A stretch of DNA of 64,000 bases from assembly GCA_951406725.2 (NCBI GenBank), contig OX597820.1:119350001-119414000 (forward strand), written 5' to 3'. A program made the translations under genes and the position numbers. The notes beneath the pieces are model-generated. The model saw only the letters and a program-made list of their open reading frames with translations, had not been told where the DNA came from and ran no database searches. This stretch comes from Octopus vulgaris (Eukaryota). Positions 39,682 through 53,525 of this stretch are shown one piece after another; positions within the stretch are counted from its first letter, which is position 1; each line of letters opens with the position of its first letter.

Positions 39682-40089
39682 TAAATAATAACATTTCATT
39701 CTTTTATTCATTAGAAGAAAATTAAGGGCTCCAAGTAGGAGCGACGATTAAGATTAAAAGGTTTTGGTTTAAAGTAAAGTAAGATGTGAATTTTTGTAAA
39801 AGAACATTTTATAGTTGTTTTTTTGGTAAAATTTTTAGAATTGATTCGGTTTTTTTTTGTTTTTTCTTTATTGTTAGTACTTTGGAATTTTGAGAATAAA
39901 CTAGAATTATATACCCTATTTTTTTGTAGTGTAAAAATTGATTTTTATTTACCTAAGTATTATGAAAATGATTAAGATAATTAGTTATTGATTATTGTTT
40001 AAAACTTAAAAGGTTTGGTGGTTTTACATATCCAGTTAGGGGAGTTTGTTAATATAATTTGATAATCATTGAGTTATTGACGAAGGAGA

Positions 40090-40400
40090 ACTAGAGTGAA
40101 CACACGTTTTGGTATCACGTCAGATAATCGGTAAATTGGCTGGACCGATGTAGAACCCGAATCTGGTGCCAACTGGCTTCAGTCTATTTGGTTCAGTCTT
40201 CTTGGGCAACGAGTTGGTGACAGCTGAAGCTGGTACTGCATAAATTGATACAAAGGGCTGGATTCAATACTGGGACAATGAATCGCTGGCGTTGGAGTCT
40301 GTATTCGAGGAAGAATTACTCTACGAAAATGACCAAGTTGATAGAGAAATTCCAGTCAACAAAAACGTTATGCCCACTTTTGCATTAATTCGGGGCAGTC
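40090..40400 (+). pseudogene. Decayed coding-like fragment, possibly BEL/Pao retrotransposon pol
   Basis: One frame reads GKLAGPM*NPNLVPTGFSLFGSV...A*IDTKGWIQYWDNESLALESVFEEE with two stops, resembling the T.FGW.L.G...FW..ES region of BEL/Pao. The resemblance is weak. Confidence 0.3.
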
Positions 40401-41199
40401 TTCATAATGAGAAAATCAGAGATAGATTCATGTATGCATGCGTATACATGCATACAGATATATACACTTACATACATACACCCCCACCACACTCAAACAT
40501 ATACACAGACACACAGACACACATACATATCAATATATTTGAAATATTTTCCCATCTATATATCTTGAAACATACTTTTTTTGTTTGGACGAAAATAGTG
40601 GTCTATTAATACTGGTGGCATTTAGTTACTGAGCAGAATTAATATGATTTATATTATTGATATTTAGTTCCATCTTGTTCTGCGAGATACTACTGCTATT
40701 TTTGTTAGTGTTGGTATAAGAACTAAATCCAGCCGTTTACTACCACACCTTCGCAAGCTATTGAATGAAGGCCGATGACATGCATACAAATGCTCAAGGT
40801 TATCAAATACTCACCAAGAACATTCTCTCGTAACCTTTCTAACCCAGCAACTATTGATATGCTCGGCTACCTACTGATGTATGTAGTTTATTGTTAACCT
40901 GTCAATGTATTTACAGAAAGTGAAAAGATGTTCTTTTTCAGAGCCAAAAACGAAAAAAAAAAAAAAAAAAAGAACAGAAAAGCAAAAAAAAAAAAAGAAG
41001 AAAATCTTTAGATTTCAACAGCTGTTTGTTTCTAAAGCAGGCACAACTCTGTGAGTGAAACGTTGATCTTATATCTGCTGCGCTGCACATATTATTCACG
41101 CTTATCCAGTTTGGAAGATGAACAAATATACGTAATCCGCCTTCAATCAGCAACATTTTAAAGCATTCGACATAGCATCGAGATGCATCTGACTGAACG

Positions 41200-41931
<732 letters not shown>

Positions 41932-42444
41932 AGGGTGTAATTTGAATTAATTCAGAATATTGGTTGACAATACCAAGTAATACCAATACCCAATAATTTA
42001 AAATTTCATGCAGTTGATATTTTTCCAAGTCGCAACAAATGTTTGTATTCGTTAATAAATAACGAACACATTTCTAAGGTTACTCGCTCGTAACATTTTA
42101 TAATTTATTGACTTTAATTATAGAAACACTTAATGAAAACCAGCCATTTAGGAAAGAATTTCTCTAACCATGAAAGGTGGAGTATTAAATAATTAAAAGT
42201 TCTTGGCTAGTAACTGCGGTGGTTGCATTAAAGCCTAAAATTAATCTGTGAATGTTTGCGGCCTTAACTAACCCTGTTCCTATTGGGTTTGTGGATTACA
42301 TTATCATGATTTGGAAGTTCGGGTGAAGGCGATCACGTTTCCGAATGAGGCGCAAATGGGGCATATTATTCGCTTCCTCTCACCGTCTTCGTGTTTTGGG
42401 ATTTAGCGCCCGAATTTTGAGTATTAGCATAAAATATTTTGTCT

Positions 42445-42822
42445 GTTAATTGTTTCACTTGACTGAGGAATTTTAGCCGAACGAATCGACCTATTATATT
42501 TATCTAAGGCCTGATACTTATTCTATAAGACTCTCTTGCCGAACCGCTAATTCACGGAGACACAAACACACAATCACTGCTTGTCAAGCGGTACTGAGGT
42601 ACAAACACAAATACAAAGCACATACAAGCGCGTGCATACACACAGACATACATACGTATACGATGGGCTTCTTTCATTTTTCATCTGTCCAATCCACTCG
42701 CGATGCTTTGGTCTGCCCGAGGCTATAATCGAAGTCCCTTGCCCAAGGTGTCACGCAGTGGGACTGAAACCGAAACCATATGGTCGGGAAGGAAACTTTT
42801 TACCACCCAAACACATCTGTGT
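42445..42822 (-). mobile_element. Older SINE family A copy
   Basis: gccgaaccgctaa, cttctttca, aatccactc, gcccaaggtg.cacgcagtgggactgaa. Confidence 0.85.
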
Positions 42823-43000
42823 CTGAGTCTGATTAAAGTTACATTGTGTGCATTTACTAATAATTCCCTACAGCGTTTTGCCGCTGTTTTCAATTATGTA
42901 TTTGGTACAAAAGCTTGCCTGTTATCTCCACCTTTAAGTTTTGTTAATCTCTTGTTTTGGAAATCTCTTGTAATAGGCATCGGTTTGTGTTGGTTTAGTG

Positions 43001-43201
43001 TAGTGCTTTTCAAACTTTTTGCTGGAGCGGAACCCCAAGGAATCATTCCACTGGCTCGAGGAACCCCTGTTCAATGATTTAATAGTCTTATACACACATA
43101 TCTGCACAGGAGAATTAAAAATTACTGCCGATTTTAGCAGTTTTATAACTTCTTGCGGAACCCCTGGACTGTACTGGCCGAACCCTGGTTGAAAACCACT
43201 G
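43001..43201. mobile_element. hAT (Charlie-type) MITE
   Basis: TIRs TAGTGCTTTTCAA / TTGAAAACCACTG; 8-bp TSD GTTTAGTG; internal GGAACCC repeats. Confidence 0.92.
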
Positions 43202-43529
43202 GTTTAGTGTATAGTGCTTCAGGTTGTTTCTGGTTTTGAGGTTGACTCTTTCTTGTCTCTAACAAACTCTGAGTATTGCGTGTTGGATTATGAGATATTA
43301 AATATACATCTCTAAATATGCATGGGATATAGGTACTGTCGTTTGTATGTTGAAGAATATGGTATTGGTGATTGTTATTCGTTCTGCAATTCTTACACTG
43401 CGATTTTTAAAGCTTTAAGTAAACGTATTCTTAGAGTATCGTCAAGTGACCATAGACATCGGTCAGTCCGGCAAAGAAGACGCTGGAAGTTCTCATTCTC
43501 TTTTCATTAATGGATGTATTGAGAATACA

Positions 43530-43705
43530 AAGGGAGAACTTACGAAAAAAAAACAAAAGACGAAGATAGGTGTCTAAACAACAAACAGATGTATTAGTAT
43601 AACGCTCAGGAATAGAAAAAGTCTTTTACGTTTCGAGCCTACGCTCTTCTACAGAGAGGGACACAGTAAAAACAAGGAGAGAAAAAAATGTGTGTAGTGG
43701 TTACA
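43530..43705 (-). mobile_element. PLE pLTR-type repeat with minimal hammerhead-like motif
   Basis: Related to 61160-61325. Minus strand CTGTAGA-a-gagc-gtag-gctc-GAAAC-GTA-aaag at 43623-43658. Confidence 0.75.
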
Positions 43706-43732
43706 GGAAAGTTTAGAAAGTATAAAAATAAA

Positions 43733-44117
43733 TCTTTATATATAAAAGTGAAGTTGTGTGTCTGTCTCCTACGATTTAGATTCCTAACTACTCCCACATT
43801 TTGCGGTGCAGTTTAACCAAAACCGGATATCTTATAGTCGTGATTCATATCGAGCCCCTCTGGGTATTAGCGCGCGTCTACGATTTTAAAAATAATTTAC
43901 CATCATTTTTACCATTTTAATGCATTTTTTCGCTATTATATAAGGGAAGTAACTCTCTAAAAATGTTTACGATGAGTCAACTATTTAAAAAAAAATTTAC
44001 CATCACTTTTTTCCATTTTTAATGCATTCTTTTGCTATTTTTGGGCTATACCTCTCTAAAAATGCTCATATAGTTATTTCCCTTACAAACCCGAGCAACG
44101 CCGGGCGATACTGCTAG
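43733..44117 (+). mobile_element. Non-autonomous Helitron
   Basis: A|TC start; CCCGAGCAACGCCGGG hairpin; CTAG|T end. Confidence 0.93.
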
Positions 44118-44536
44118 TATAAAAATAAAGTAATGACAATAATAACAGTTTTACGTAAAGTTCAAAGGTTTTTTGACGTCGTGGTGTATAGCAAGGATTT
44201 CTCATCAAGAGTAGAGTCCACAATGATCCGTATGTAGGGGAGGTGCAGCCGGAGTGTAAGTATTCAAACAAATCCGTAAGTGGTAGATAAAGAGTCCGTT
44301 GGTAAGAAATGACAGGATCAACATGTGCGACCACGTGAGCGTGTGGTATATATATAGGGAGAGTATAACTACATAGGAATATATTTTGGACGTGTACAAG
44401 GTAAAAGAAGGATGTAATTATTGACATTAGATTGTTAACTTATGCGAGCGTGAGTTTGTGTCGGGAGATTAGGACACAGGTCAAGATCATGTTGCATCAT
44501 TTCTCATGTTATCTCTACTATCTGAATACCAATAGA

Positions 44537-45121
44537 TATTCTTTTCTACTCTAGACACAAGGCTCGAAATTTTTGGGACGGGAGCCATTCGATTTGATTG
44601 ACCCCAGTATGCAACTGGTTCTTAATTTATCGACCCCGGAATGATGAAAGGCAAAGTCGACCTCGGCGGAATTTGAACTCAGAACGTAAAGTCAGACGAA
44701 ATACCTATTCCTTTACTACCCACAAGGGGCTAAACACAGAGAGAACAAACAAGGACAGACAGACGGATTAAGTCGATTATATCGACCCCAGTGCGTAACT
44801 GGTACTTATTTAATCGACCCCGAAAGGATGAAAGGCAAAGTCGACCTCGGCGGAATTTGAAAGCAGAACGTAAAGTCAGACGAAATACCTATTTCTTTAC
44901 TACCCACAAGGGGCTAAGCACAGAGAGGACAAACAAGGACAGATAAACGGATTAAGTCGATTATATCGACCCCAGTGCGTAACTGGTACTTATTTAATCG
45001 ACTCCGAAAGGATGAAAGGCAAAGTCGACCTCGGCGGAATTTGAACTCAGAACAGAGCAGCAGACGAAATACCACTAAGCATTTCGCCCAGCGTGCTAAC
45101 GTTTCTGCCAACTCGCCGCCT
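44537..45121 (-). mobile_element. SINE family C head-to-tail trimer (one head, three bodies; 184-bp period)
   Basis: Junction cagacgaaatacctatt at ~44693 and ~44877; the distal unit has a different tail. Confidence 0.93.
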
Positions 45122-45707
45122 TGAATCCCAACAGCTATTGAGGAGCATCTTACTTGGTAACAGTCTCCGATGTTAACGGTTATTAACGTGTTTGACACAT
45201 ATGTGTATTTGTACGCATGCATTATTTTGAGTATTTGATATATTCGGTCTTTTCCTAAATATTTACTAATGTTCCCAGTATTGTGATGTCTCCGAAGCTA
45301 ATATTTTTGTGTATCTCATCATACCATCCTGTTATGAAAAGGTTAGTATTGTACAATTTCACTATAATTCAGAAAAGTGAGCGCTGTGCATTTTGGTTGT
45401 TAGGACAGTTAAAGACGGTTCCTGAACCAATTTTCCCTGAATCTCATAATTACTGATAAAACTGCAGTCATCCGTAAAACGCCACTAACAACATTAAAAA
45501 TAGTCTTTAATACTGTGAGTGTTGTATGAAGAATATTTCGAATATTGTGCAGTAACACAAAGTTTTGGGCATGAAATAGGTTTATCTATATTGTGCGCAG
45601 ACAGCAAGAAAGAGTTATCAAAAGCACTTCCTGTTTTAATTATTATCTTTCCTGCCATTATTATTATAGTGTTTTATTCATAGGGTCGTGTATCTTTCCA
45701 TAATATT

Positions 45708-46021
45708 TTATTTTTATTAATTTGTTCCTTCTCCAGCCATGCCTGGCTCATAAGGGCGAGTTTCCCGGTTTCTTGGCGTATAACTTCCCCACCTGGACGG
45801 GACGCCGGTCCATCGCAGGTGAGCTGCAAGATGCAGGCGGAAAGAGTGAGAGAAATTTGTGGCAAAAGAGTCAGCAGAGGTTTCGCCATTACCTTCTGCC
45901 GGAGCCGTGTGGAGCTTAGGTGTTTTCGCTCATAAACACACACATCGCCCGGTCTGAGATTCGAACCCGCGATCCCTCGACCGCGTGTCCGCTGCTCTAA
46001 CCACTAGGCCATGTGCCTCCA
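45708..46021 (-). mobile_element. SINE related to family B (similar tRNA head, different tail)
   Basis: 14-bp TSD CTTTCCATAATATT (45694-45707, 46022-46035). Confidence 0.92.
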
Positions 46022-46283
46022 CTTTCCATAATATTGAAACAATTGGTTCCACATAGTTCATATAAATTTTTAGACGATAAAAAGCGATAGTAGGAAACGA
46101 TAGGAAAATATCTAAGATTTGATCGTGAATTCTCGAAGACCGATCGAAGATCTGATAACTATCTTATTTCAAAATAAGTTGCTGCAGTAATAATAGCAAA
46201 ATTCTAAACAATAATTTGGTTTGTTGTGGTATTTAGTGCCTAGCTTTCTTTCACTGCTTATGCGTACGGTATTGTATGAACAA

Positions 46284-46648
46284 AGGCGGCGTGCTGGTAG
46301 AAACGTTAGCACGTTACGTTCTGAGTTCAAATCCGCCGAGGTCGACTTTGCCTTTCATCCTTTCGGGGTCGATAAATTAAGTACCAGTTATGCACTGGGG
46401 TCGATATAATCGACTTAATCCCGTTGTCTGTCCTTGTTTGTCCTCTCTGTGTTTAGCCCCTTGTGGGTAGTAAAGAAACAGGTATTTCGTCTGCGTTACG
46501 TTGTGAGTTCAAATTCCGCCGAGGTTGACTTTGCCTTTCATCCTTTCGGGGTCGATAAAATTAAGTACCAGTTACGCACTGGAGTGGAGGTAATCGACTT
46601 AATCCGTTTGTCTGTCCTTGTTTGTCCCCTCTATGTTTAGCCCCTTTT
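46284..46648 (+). mobile_element. SINE family C head-to-tail dimer
   Basis: Tail ...gtaaagaaacaggtatt runs into tcgtctg...gagttcaaattccgccgagg. Confidence 0.92.
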
Positions 46649-47035
46649 AAATAAGGATAACTAGAATTGCATACACAATCGTCTCTGAAATGAATATTCG
46701 AGAGGAATTTTGATTATAACGCCAAATGAACATACAACCTTGTTATATGCTCAATCAAGAATCCACTTTAATTAACAACTACAAAAAGAAAAAAAAAGGT
46801 ATGTAAGAACTACAACCACAAAATACAAGACAACTATCTTCTGGAAGCAAATAATTTTCCAATTATAACCAAAGAAGTGAGAGCCTTATTTAAATGTAAT
46901 CTTCTGAAAAGAACAGAGATATCCATTCTCTTTATGATTGCGTCTGTTAAATTGGTGCGTGTTGCTAGGCGGGATCATGAGAAAATTCAGAAGATTCCAA
47001 CGTGCAATAATCCATAAGAACGAATTGTAATTACG

Positions 47036-47132
<97 letters not shown>

Positions 47133-47232
47133 TTTTTTTCAACACTTATATCGTAATATAGTACACGCTATAGTTATGGTTTTATCGTTAAAAAGGATTC
47201 ACTTCACATACATACACACACATACACATAAA

Positions 47233-47309
<77 letters not shown>

Positions 47310-47638
47310 AGATAGATATACATGTATATATATATATATACATATACATGCATACGCACACACATATATCTATATGCATACGGACACACATACACACATA
47401 TATTTGTAAGACTGTGCGAGTAAGTATGACTGGAACAGAAAAGTTGTAGCTTACACGTTTGAGTTACAAAATCTAATTTGAATACGTTTATATATAAATG
47501 ACAATTATATATAAATAACACATACATGCATATATGGAGGCATTCAGCTACATATAAATCATATTCTAACGTGTGAAACATAAAACATTCAGAAAAATTA
47601 TCTACATACTTACGTACGTGCGCACATGCACACGTCTA

Positions 47639-47712
<74 letters not shown>

Positions 47713-47761
47713 TATATTTATACAACTATATATAGATGAATATATACACGTATATGCATAT

Positions 47762-47876
47762 CTATATCTATCTATCTATCTATCTTTCTGTTTATCTATC
47801 AGTGTATCTATCTATCTATCTTTCTGTTTATCTATCAGTGTATCTATCTATCTATCTTTCTGTTTATCTATCAGTG

Positions 47877-47956
<80 letters not shown>

Positions 47957-47977
47957 CATCCATCAATCCATCCCTCC

Positions 47978-48017
<40 letters not shown>

Positions 48018-48030
48018 CTATCTATCTATT
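47762..48030. repeat. (TATC)n containing three 36-bp units (TATCTATCTATCTATCTTTCTGTTTATCTATCAGTG)
   Basis: Visible. Confidence 0.93.
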
Positions 48031-48039
48031 TTGTGTATA

Positions 48040-48087
<48 letters not shown>

Positions 48088-48418
48088 TATATGTGTATAT
48101 ATGTGTATATATTTATATATGTGTATATATATGTGTGTATATATATGTATATATATGTATATATGTTTGCGAGCGTGTGTACAAGTATGTGAGTCGACGG
48201 GATTCCTGCTATATGGTGGCGTACAGCTTACGGTGTAGACACGTATATGTGTGTAATGATTCAACAGTCAAAGGCACAAATGCAAACATAGAAATAAAAA
48301 TGATACATGCAATACGAATATATGTTGGAAATTAAAATCGCGTTTTCAATGAATATATTAATACAAATGAATTAAATTATTGGGCTGACAACACACGTAT
48401 AAATACAAACTACTCGTG

Positions 48419-48461
<43 letters not shown>

Positions 48462-48581
48462 CACGCATACAAAATATAAATCGTTATGTAAGCATGTATG
48501 TATGCTAATGTATATTTATAAACATACATACGCAAACACTTTCTCTTTCACATTAGCACACATATATATTTATATATACAT

Positions 48582-48614
<33 letters not shown>

Positions 48615-48809
48615 CACACACACATATATATATACATATATACATACATATATATATATATATACTGATGTATATATATATGTGTATATTTATATTTATA
48701 TCTGTTTGTATATGTATATATGTGTGTATATTTACATCTATCTATATCTATCTATCTATCTGTCTATCTATGCAACCAAAGATCAATGCATACATGTATA
48801 TGAACAAAG

Positions 48810-50170
48810 TGTTTGACTCAGCTCCTTATGGCTTACGGTTTCGTGGGTATGTATGGTACACACATCTCATCAGATTTTCGGAGGCAAAGTGTAGTGTATG
48901 AAAATATTTTACATGGTTTCTGGTCAGCTCGAGTCACGTGGTATGGATGCTAAGACAACGTCGGCTGCGCTGGCTTGGCCACGTTCGCCGTATGGAGGAT
49001 GGTCGGATCCCAAAGGATGTCCTCTTCGGAGAGCTTGTTGCAGGGCGGAGAAATATTGGCCGCCCGAAGCTGAGGTACAGGGACGTGTGCAGAAGGGATA
49101 TGAAGGCACTTGGCATCAACACGAATTCCTGGGAGGATTTCGCAGCCGATCGAACCAGCTGGAGAGGAACTCTTCACAAACAACTGCGGACCGGCGAAGA
49201 GAATTTGAGTGTGGCGGCAGCTGAAAACCGAACCCGCAGAAAAGAAATGACAGCCAACTGACCGGATACAACGTATAGGTGAGACCTCTCGCATCGGACT
49301 CTACAGCCGCAGGAGGCATTTTAAAAACTGAATAGATAACTCAACGTACGGATGACATCATGCATGGTCAGCCATGACCGACGGAGGCCCTAAGGAAGGT
49401 CTTCCCTGGTCAGCTCGGGTCGCGTGGTAGGGATGCCATCAGAACTACACAAAGTATATGGTTTTCTTTTAGGACCACATATTGGGAAATGCGAAGGTAG
49501 GTTACCGTCCTTAATATAACTGCAAGCTGCGGAATTGTATATTTAGCGACAGGAGATCCTTATTGTGAAACACACTGGTGGGGTTGTTGGGTTACGTTTG
49601 AGGTTATGTGACAAAGGAAGGTGAGTAGTATGTAGGACAGGGAATGTATATGGGACAGCTAGCTACGTCTGGAGTGACATATCCGGATTGTCAACGGCCA
49701 GATGCTTGAAGATCATTAACCAGAAGTAAGTATGGTGGCAATCACAGGATAGCTCATTCTTTCTATTGATGGATATTATGGTTTGATGGAAGATGTGTAG
49801 GTTCAACGGAGAGAGTTTACGCAATTGAGAGCTCCGGGTGAGTAAAAGAGGGGCCTTGTAAAAAAAAATAACTGTTGATTCTAGGGAAATTATCTGATGG
49901 TCACGTACGCCTCTGGGGCGGGAGACATGTGTATGATATCCCCTAAAGATAATGGCTGTCATGAACGTGGAGTTTCTTATGATGGCATCGGATCGTGTGC
50001 TGATGGTGCTCTCCAAGTAAGAAGAAAGTAGGCTTTGGGGAATCAGGATGTTGTCTTGGGTGGGAGTGTAGATGTGTGCGTGTGCATACTGTAAGGTTTT
50101 GTGTTTCAGTGGCAATAAGTCTAAAAATGAGTAAGTGGTCTCTGTTTTTATGATGAATTTGTGAGAGTTG
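48810..50170 (-). mobile_element. PLE 3' fragment (RT thumb remnant to pLTR with hammerhead), interrupted by an RTE
   Basis: KTETTYSFLDL...IPQSL remnant; minus-strand CTGATGA (48867-48873)...GAAAC-c-GTA (48834-48842). Confidence 0.65.
48951..49405 (+). mobile_element. RTE-clade LINE 3' fragment, well preserved
   Basis: LRQRRLRWLGHVRRMEDGRIPKDVLFGEL...GRPKLRYRD...AADRTSWR; ~31-bp flanking duplication (48920-48950, 49406-49436). Confidence 0.93.
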
Positions 50171-50217
50171 TAACTACAGTTACTAGTCAAGCGAAATATC
50201 TTCCTTTCATGCATACG

Positions 50218-50496
50218 TCTATGTATGTATGTATGTATGTATGTATGTATGTATGTATGTATGTATGTATGTATGTATGTATGTATGTATGTATGTATGT
50301 ATGTATGTTTGTATGTATGTATGTATGTACGTACGTATGTATGTATGTTTGTATGTACGTACGTATGTATGTATGTATGTATGTATGTATGTATGTATGT
50401 ATGTATGTATGTATGTATGTATGTATGTATCTATATATCTATCTATCTATCTATCTATCTATCTCCTTCTATCACACTCTCTCTCTCCTTCTATCA

Positions 50497-50543
<47 letters not shown>

Positions 50544-50545
50544 CA
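50218..50545. repeat. (TATG)n/(TATC)n/(TC)n/(TA)n compound microsatellite
   Basis: Visible. Confidence 0.95.
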
Positions 50546-51064
50546 CGTGATGCGTCAGTTTTCTGAGTGCACCTATCCCAAGGGCTCTAACTTTCTTCTT
50601 AATTTGTTTTCATACCTTACGTTTCAGAAATAATGTCAGACATCAGGTTGACTCTACCAATGAAATATCGTAGCCTTGAAAGCACGCCATTGTGATACAG
50701 CGATAGATCACTTCCCTTGACCTACGTAGAAACGATGGAGTTGGAGTACGATTTGAATAAAAATTGTCATCGCTCCTATCAAATCTACCACCTGTATAGG
50801 TGTTTCTTTCATGAGATTGAGAGAGATTTTGCTGTTATTCGGCGCGTGTCTTGAGACATGGTAGAATCACAGTTTTTGTTTCATTCGTACAATGCGCATG
50901 TAGAGCTATATGAACACGTTTAGGATAAACGACGTTGTGCGGATTCAAATTAAGGTGATCATAGGAAAAATGCGACTCGTCATATAGAGTTCTTACAACG
51001 CAAAAGCTTATAAGACTGAATTGAAACACATTGCTGTGTTGCGTATTATGAAGTACGTTCCAAA

Positions 51065-51553
51065 TCTCTCTCTATATAAAGCTGAAGTTGTCTGTGAATG
51101 GCAGGCTTGGTAGCCTTCAACTAACACTATCTTCTCCGAGACCCTGCGGCGCAAGTTGACCAAAATTGAGAGTATGATAGATGAAGGCTGGCTCTTCATT
51201 TCGTGAAAGAAGAAATTCAAATCGGACCATGTTAAGACCAAAAATTATTTACATCAAAAAGGTGCGTTTTTTCTATGATAATCCCTATATTTTTACGATA
51301 TTTTGACTGCTGTGTCGCCATTTTACGGTGTATTTAAACCAGAAAAATGTTCCCTTAAAGAGAATAACAAGCTACATAATGCAAAGTTTTTAGTTTTCAA
51401 AAATTCCAATTCTAAAGGGTCGAAACAAACCCAAGCAAAGCCGGGTTCACTTAAAGAGAAGAACAAGCTAAATAATGCAAATTTTTTACTTTTCAAAAAT
51501 TCCAATCCTAAAGGGTCGAAACAAACCCGAGCAACGCCGGGCGATACTGCTAG
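51065..51553 (+). mobile_element. Non-autonomous Helitron with duplicated 3' subterminal region
   Basis: A|TCTCTCTCTATATAAAG start; 96-bp-period duplication 51354-51445 / 51450-51541; CTAG|T end. Confidence 0.9.
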
Positions 51554-52399
51554 TAAAGGATAAATGTTATTCTTGCGACTCTACGAATAAGAAACAGTTG
51601 TTGAAGTCAATTGATATTTGACAATGGCGCTACCCTAATATCGTTATTGCTTATAATCCTCCATGACTCCTTCCTTTTGCATCTACTCTGTTGCGCTAAC
51701 AATCACTGCTTATCCCTTGAGTAAAGAATAACACAAGTGCCCAAGTTGTTATGCCATCGGGCCGAACCCGAGACAAGCTTGTTGCTACCCGAATATCCTT
51801 GCTACTCATCCCAGCTCGCAGAAGATATATGCAATTGCCGACAAAATTATTTTCATGGATTTTTTTTCCATTTGGTTATATGTAAATACACATGCATCTG
51901 TTTATCTACATTAATGTATTGGTATGCATAATTGTATGCATTTATTTATGTAACTCTCCCCATATTTGTACATGGATACATAAATATTGTGCATTAATAT
52001 ATCTGCGATGCACACAAAATGCCTCTACATTATGTGTGCGTGCGTTTGTGTGAGTCCGCGTGTGCGTGTATATGTATGTTTATATATGTATGTGTAAGTG
52101 TATGTAAATATACGTTGGTATGCATACGTGTATGTATATGTATCTATAAATGTAAGTGTTAATGTAAACTTAGAAATCAATCACTCTAAGCAAAACAGCG
52201 TCTCTAGCAGACTGGTATCTATAAGGAATTCCCAATTCCTAAAAATTGTCATTATTCGTTATTAAAATATTCATTGAACATATTATATTTAAAGTTTAAT
52301 TTATTTATTTATTCATAGAACAGGGGGAGAAAATAAGTAAAAAATAAACAGGTACACTTTATCACCTAGCACAATATTCCTCCTTGAAATAAATAAGTT

Positions 52400-52720
52400 A
52401 TTACTGTATCAACTCGGTCAGCGAACTCCATCTTACAAACTTCCGCTGCAACTTCATCGCCACCAACAAAAGTAACAACATTTCTTATAATTTAACAGCC
52501 ACTGGCAGTTTGCAACTATCAGAAAATTTCCCCTTCGTCTCAACCATTACCACCGCTAAGTCATATCAAAAGTACGACCATTGACTACATAATTTCTCAC
52601 ACAACACAAACTTTAGAGTTTAACTAACACTAAATCTACATGAGGGATGATAGCATTGGCTCTAATAGACATCTATTGAACGCATTGCACAAATTAACCC
52701 GTATCGCTGACAGTCAAGCG
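52400..52720 (+). mobile_element. Degraded LINE AP-endonuclease fragment (tentative)
   Basis: STTIDYIIS and DDSIGS remnants resemble the APE C-terminal IDY/SDH motifs. Confidence 0.35.
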
Positions 52721-53017
52721 AATTTAACATTTAAGCAGGAAGTCATCATCTTTAGCGAGGGGTCAATCCCTTAAGGATTGTGATTGATATGTTTGAATTA
52801 ATGACTTACATTCAACCTCAAAAGACATTTGTTTTTCAAATCACAAATTTTCTTCAGATTCTGTCCATAGCACAAACCTGTGGACGGTTTGAACACTAGA
52901 GAGGCATCGTTCGGTATTTTAGCACTCTCCACTTGTCAAAAATAAAATATATACAATGTGTAGCAGCTCTTATATTCAGAACATATCCGTATAACCGTCT
53001 CCGTCAGGACTATCACC

Positions 53018-53107
<90 letters not shown>

Positions 53108-53466
53108 CACACACACGCACACACACATGAACGAAGCAACAAACCTACGTCTATATTACGCTCGACGTGGCTAGGCAGCAAATAAATCTCCCTTAAACGA
53201 CACAGTACAAGTTTTGAAAAATGGTATGAGCCACAGGTTTGAAAATAAGACTGTATATTTATAGCTGGGAAGTATTTGACCGTAGGTCATGAGTGGTTGT
53301 GACAGGTATGGTGATAAACGGAAACAGGTCAGGCTATGTAGAACGTCCATGTATAGAATGCAACAGAGAACCAATGCATGTTAGAATGTGGAGTTTGATT
53401 CTCAGGCAGGAGGGAGTAAAATATATCTGGAACAGAAGAAAAAAATTCAATCCATTCACGTCGATT

Positions 53467-53525
53467 CAGTGGTTTATCAATGCAGTATGGCCCCCATCTA
53501 ACAGTTTAGATGGGGGCCATGCAAT
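53467..53525 (+). repeat. hAT-like terminus with a perfect 15-bp hairpin
   Basis: CAGTGGTTTATCAA then ATGGCCCCCATCTAA-cagt-TTAGATGGGGGCCAT (53487-53520). Confidence 0.6.

Noticed and set aside
44697-45063. Regularly spaced repeats suggestive of a CRISPR array
   Set aside because: Contiguous 184-bp SINE units without unique spacers, in eukaryotic DNA with no cas genes.
50545-51060. Possible mariner relic around the Helitron
   Set aside because: Only a vague HDNA-like patch; ends could not be defined.
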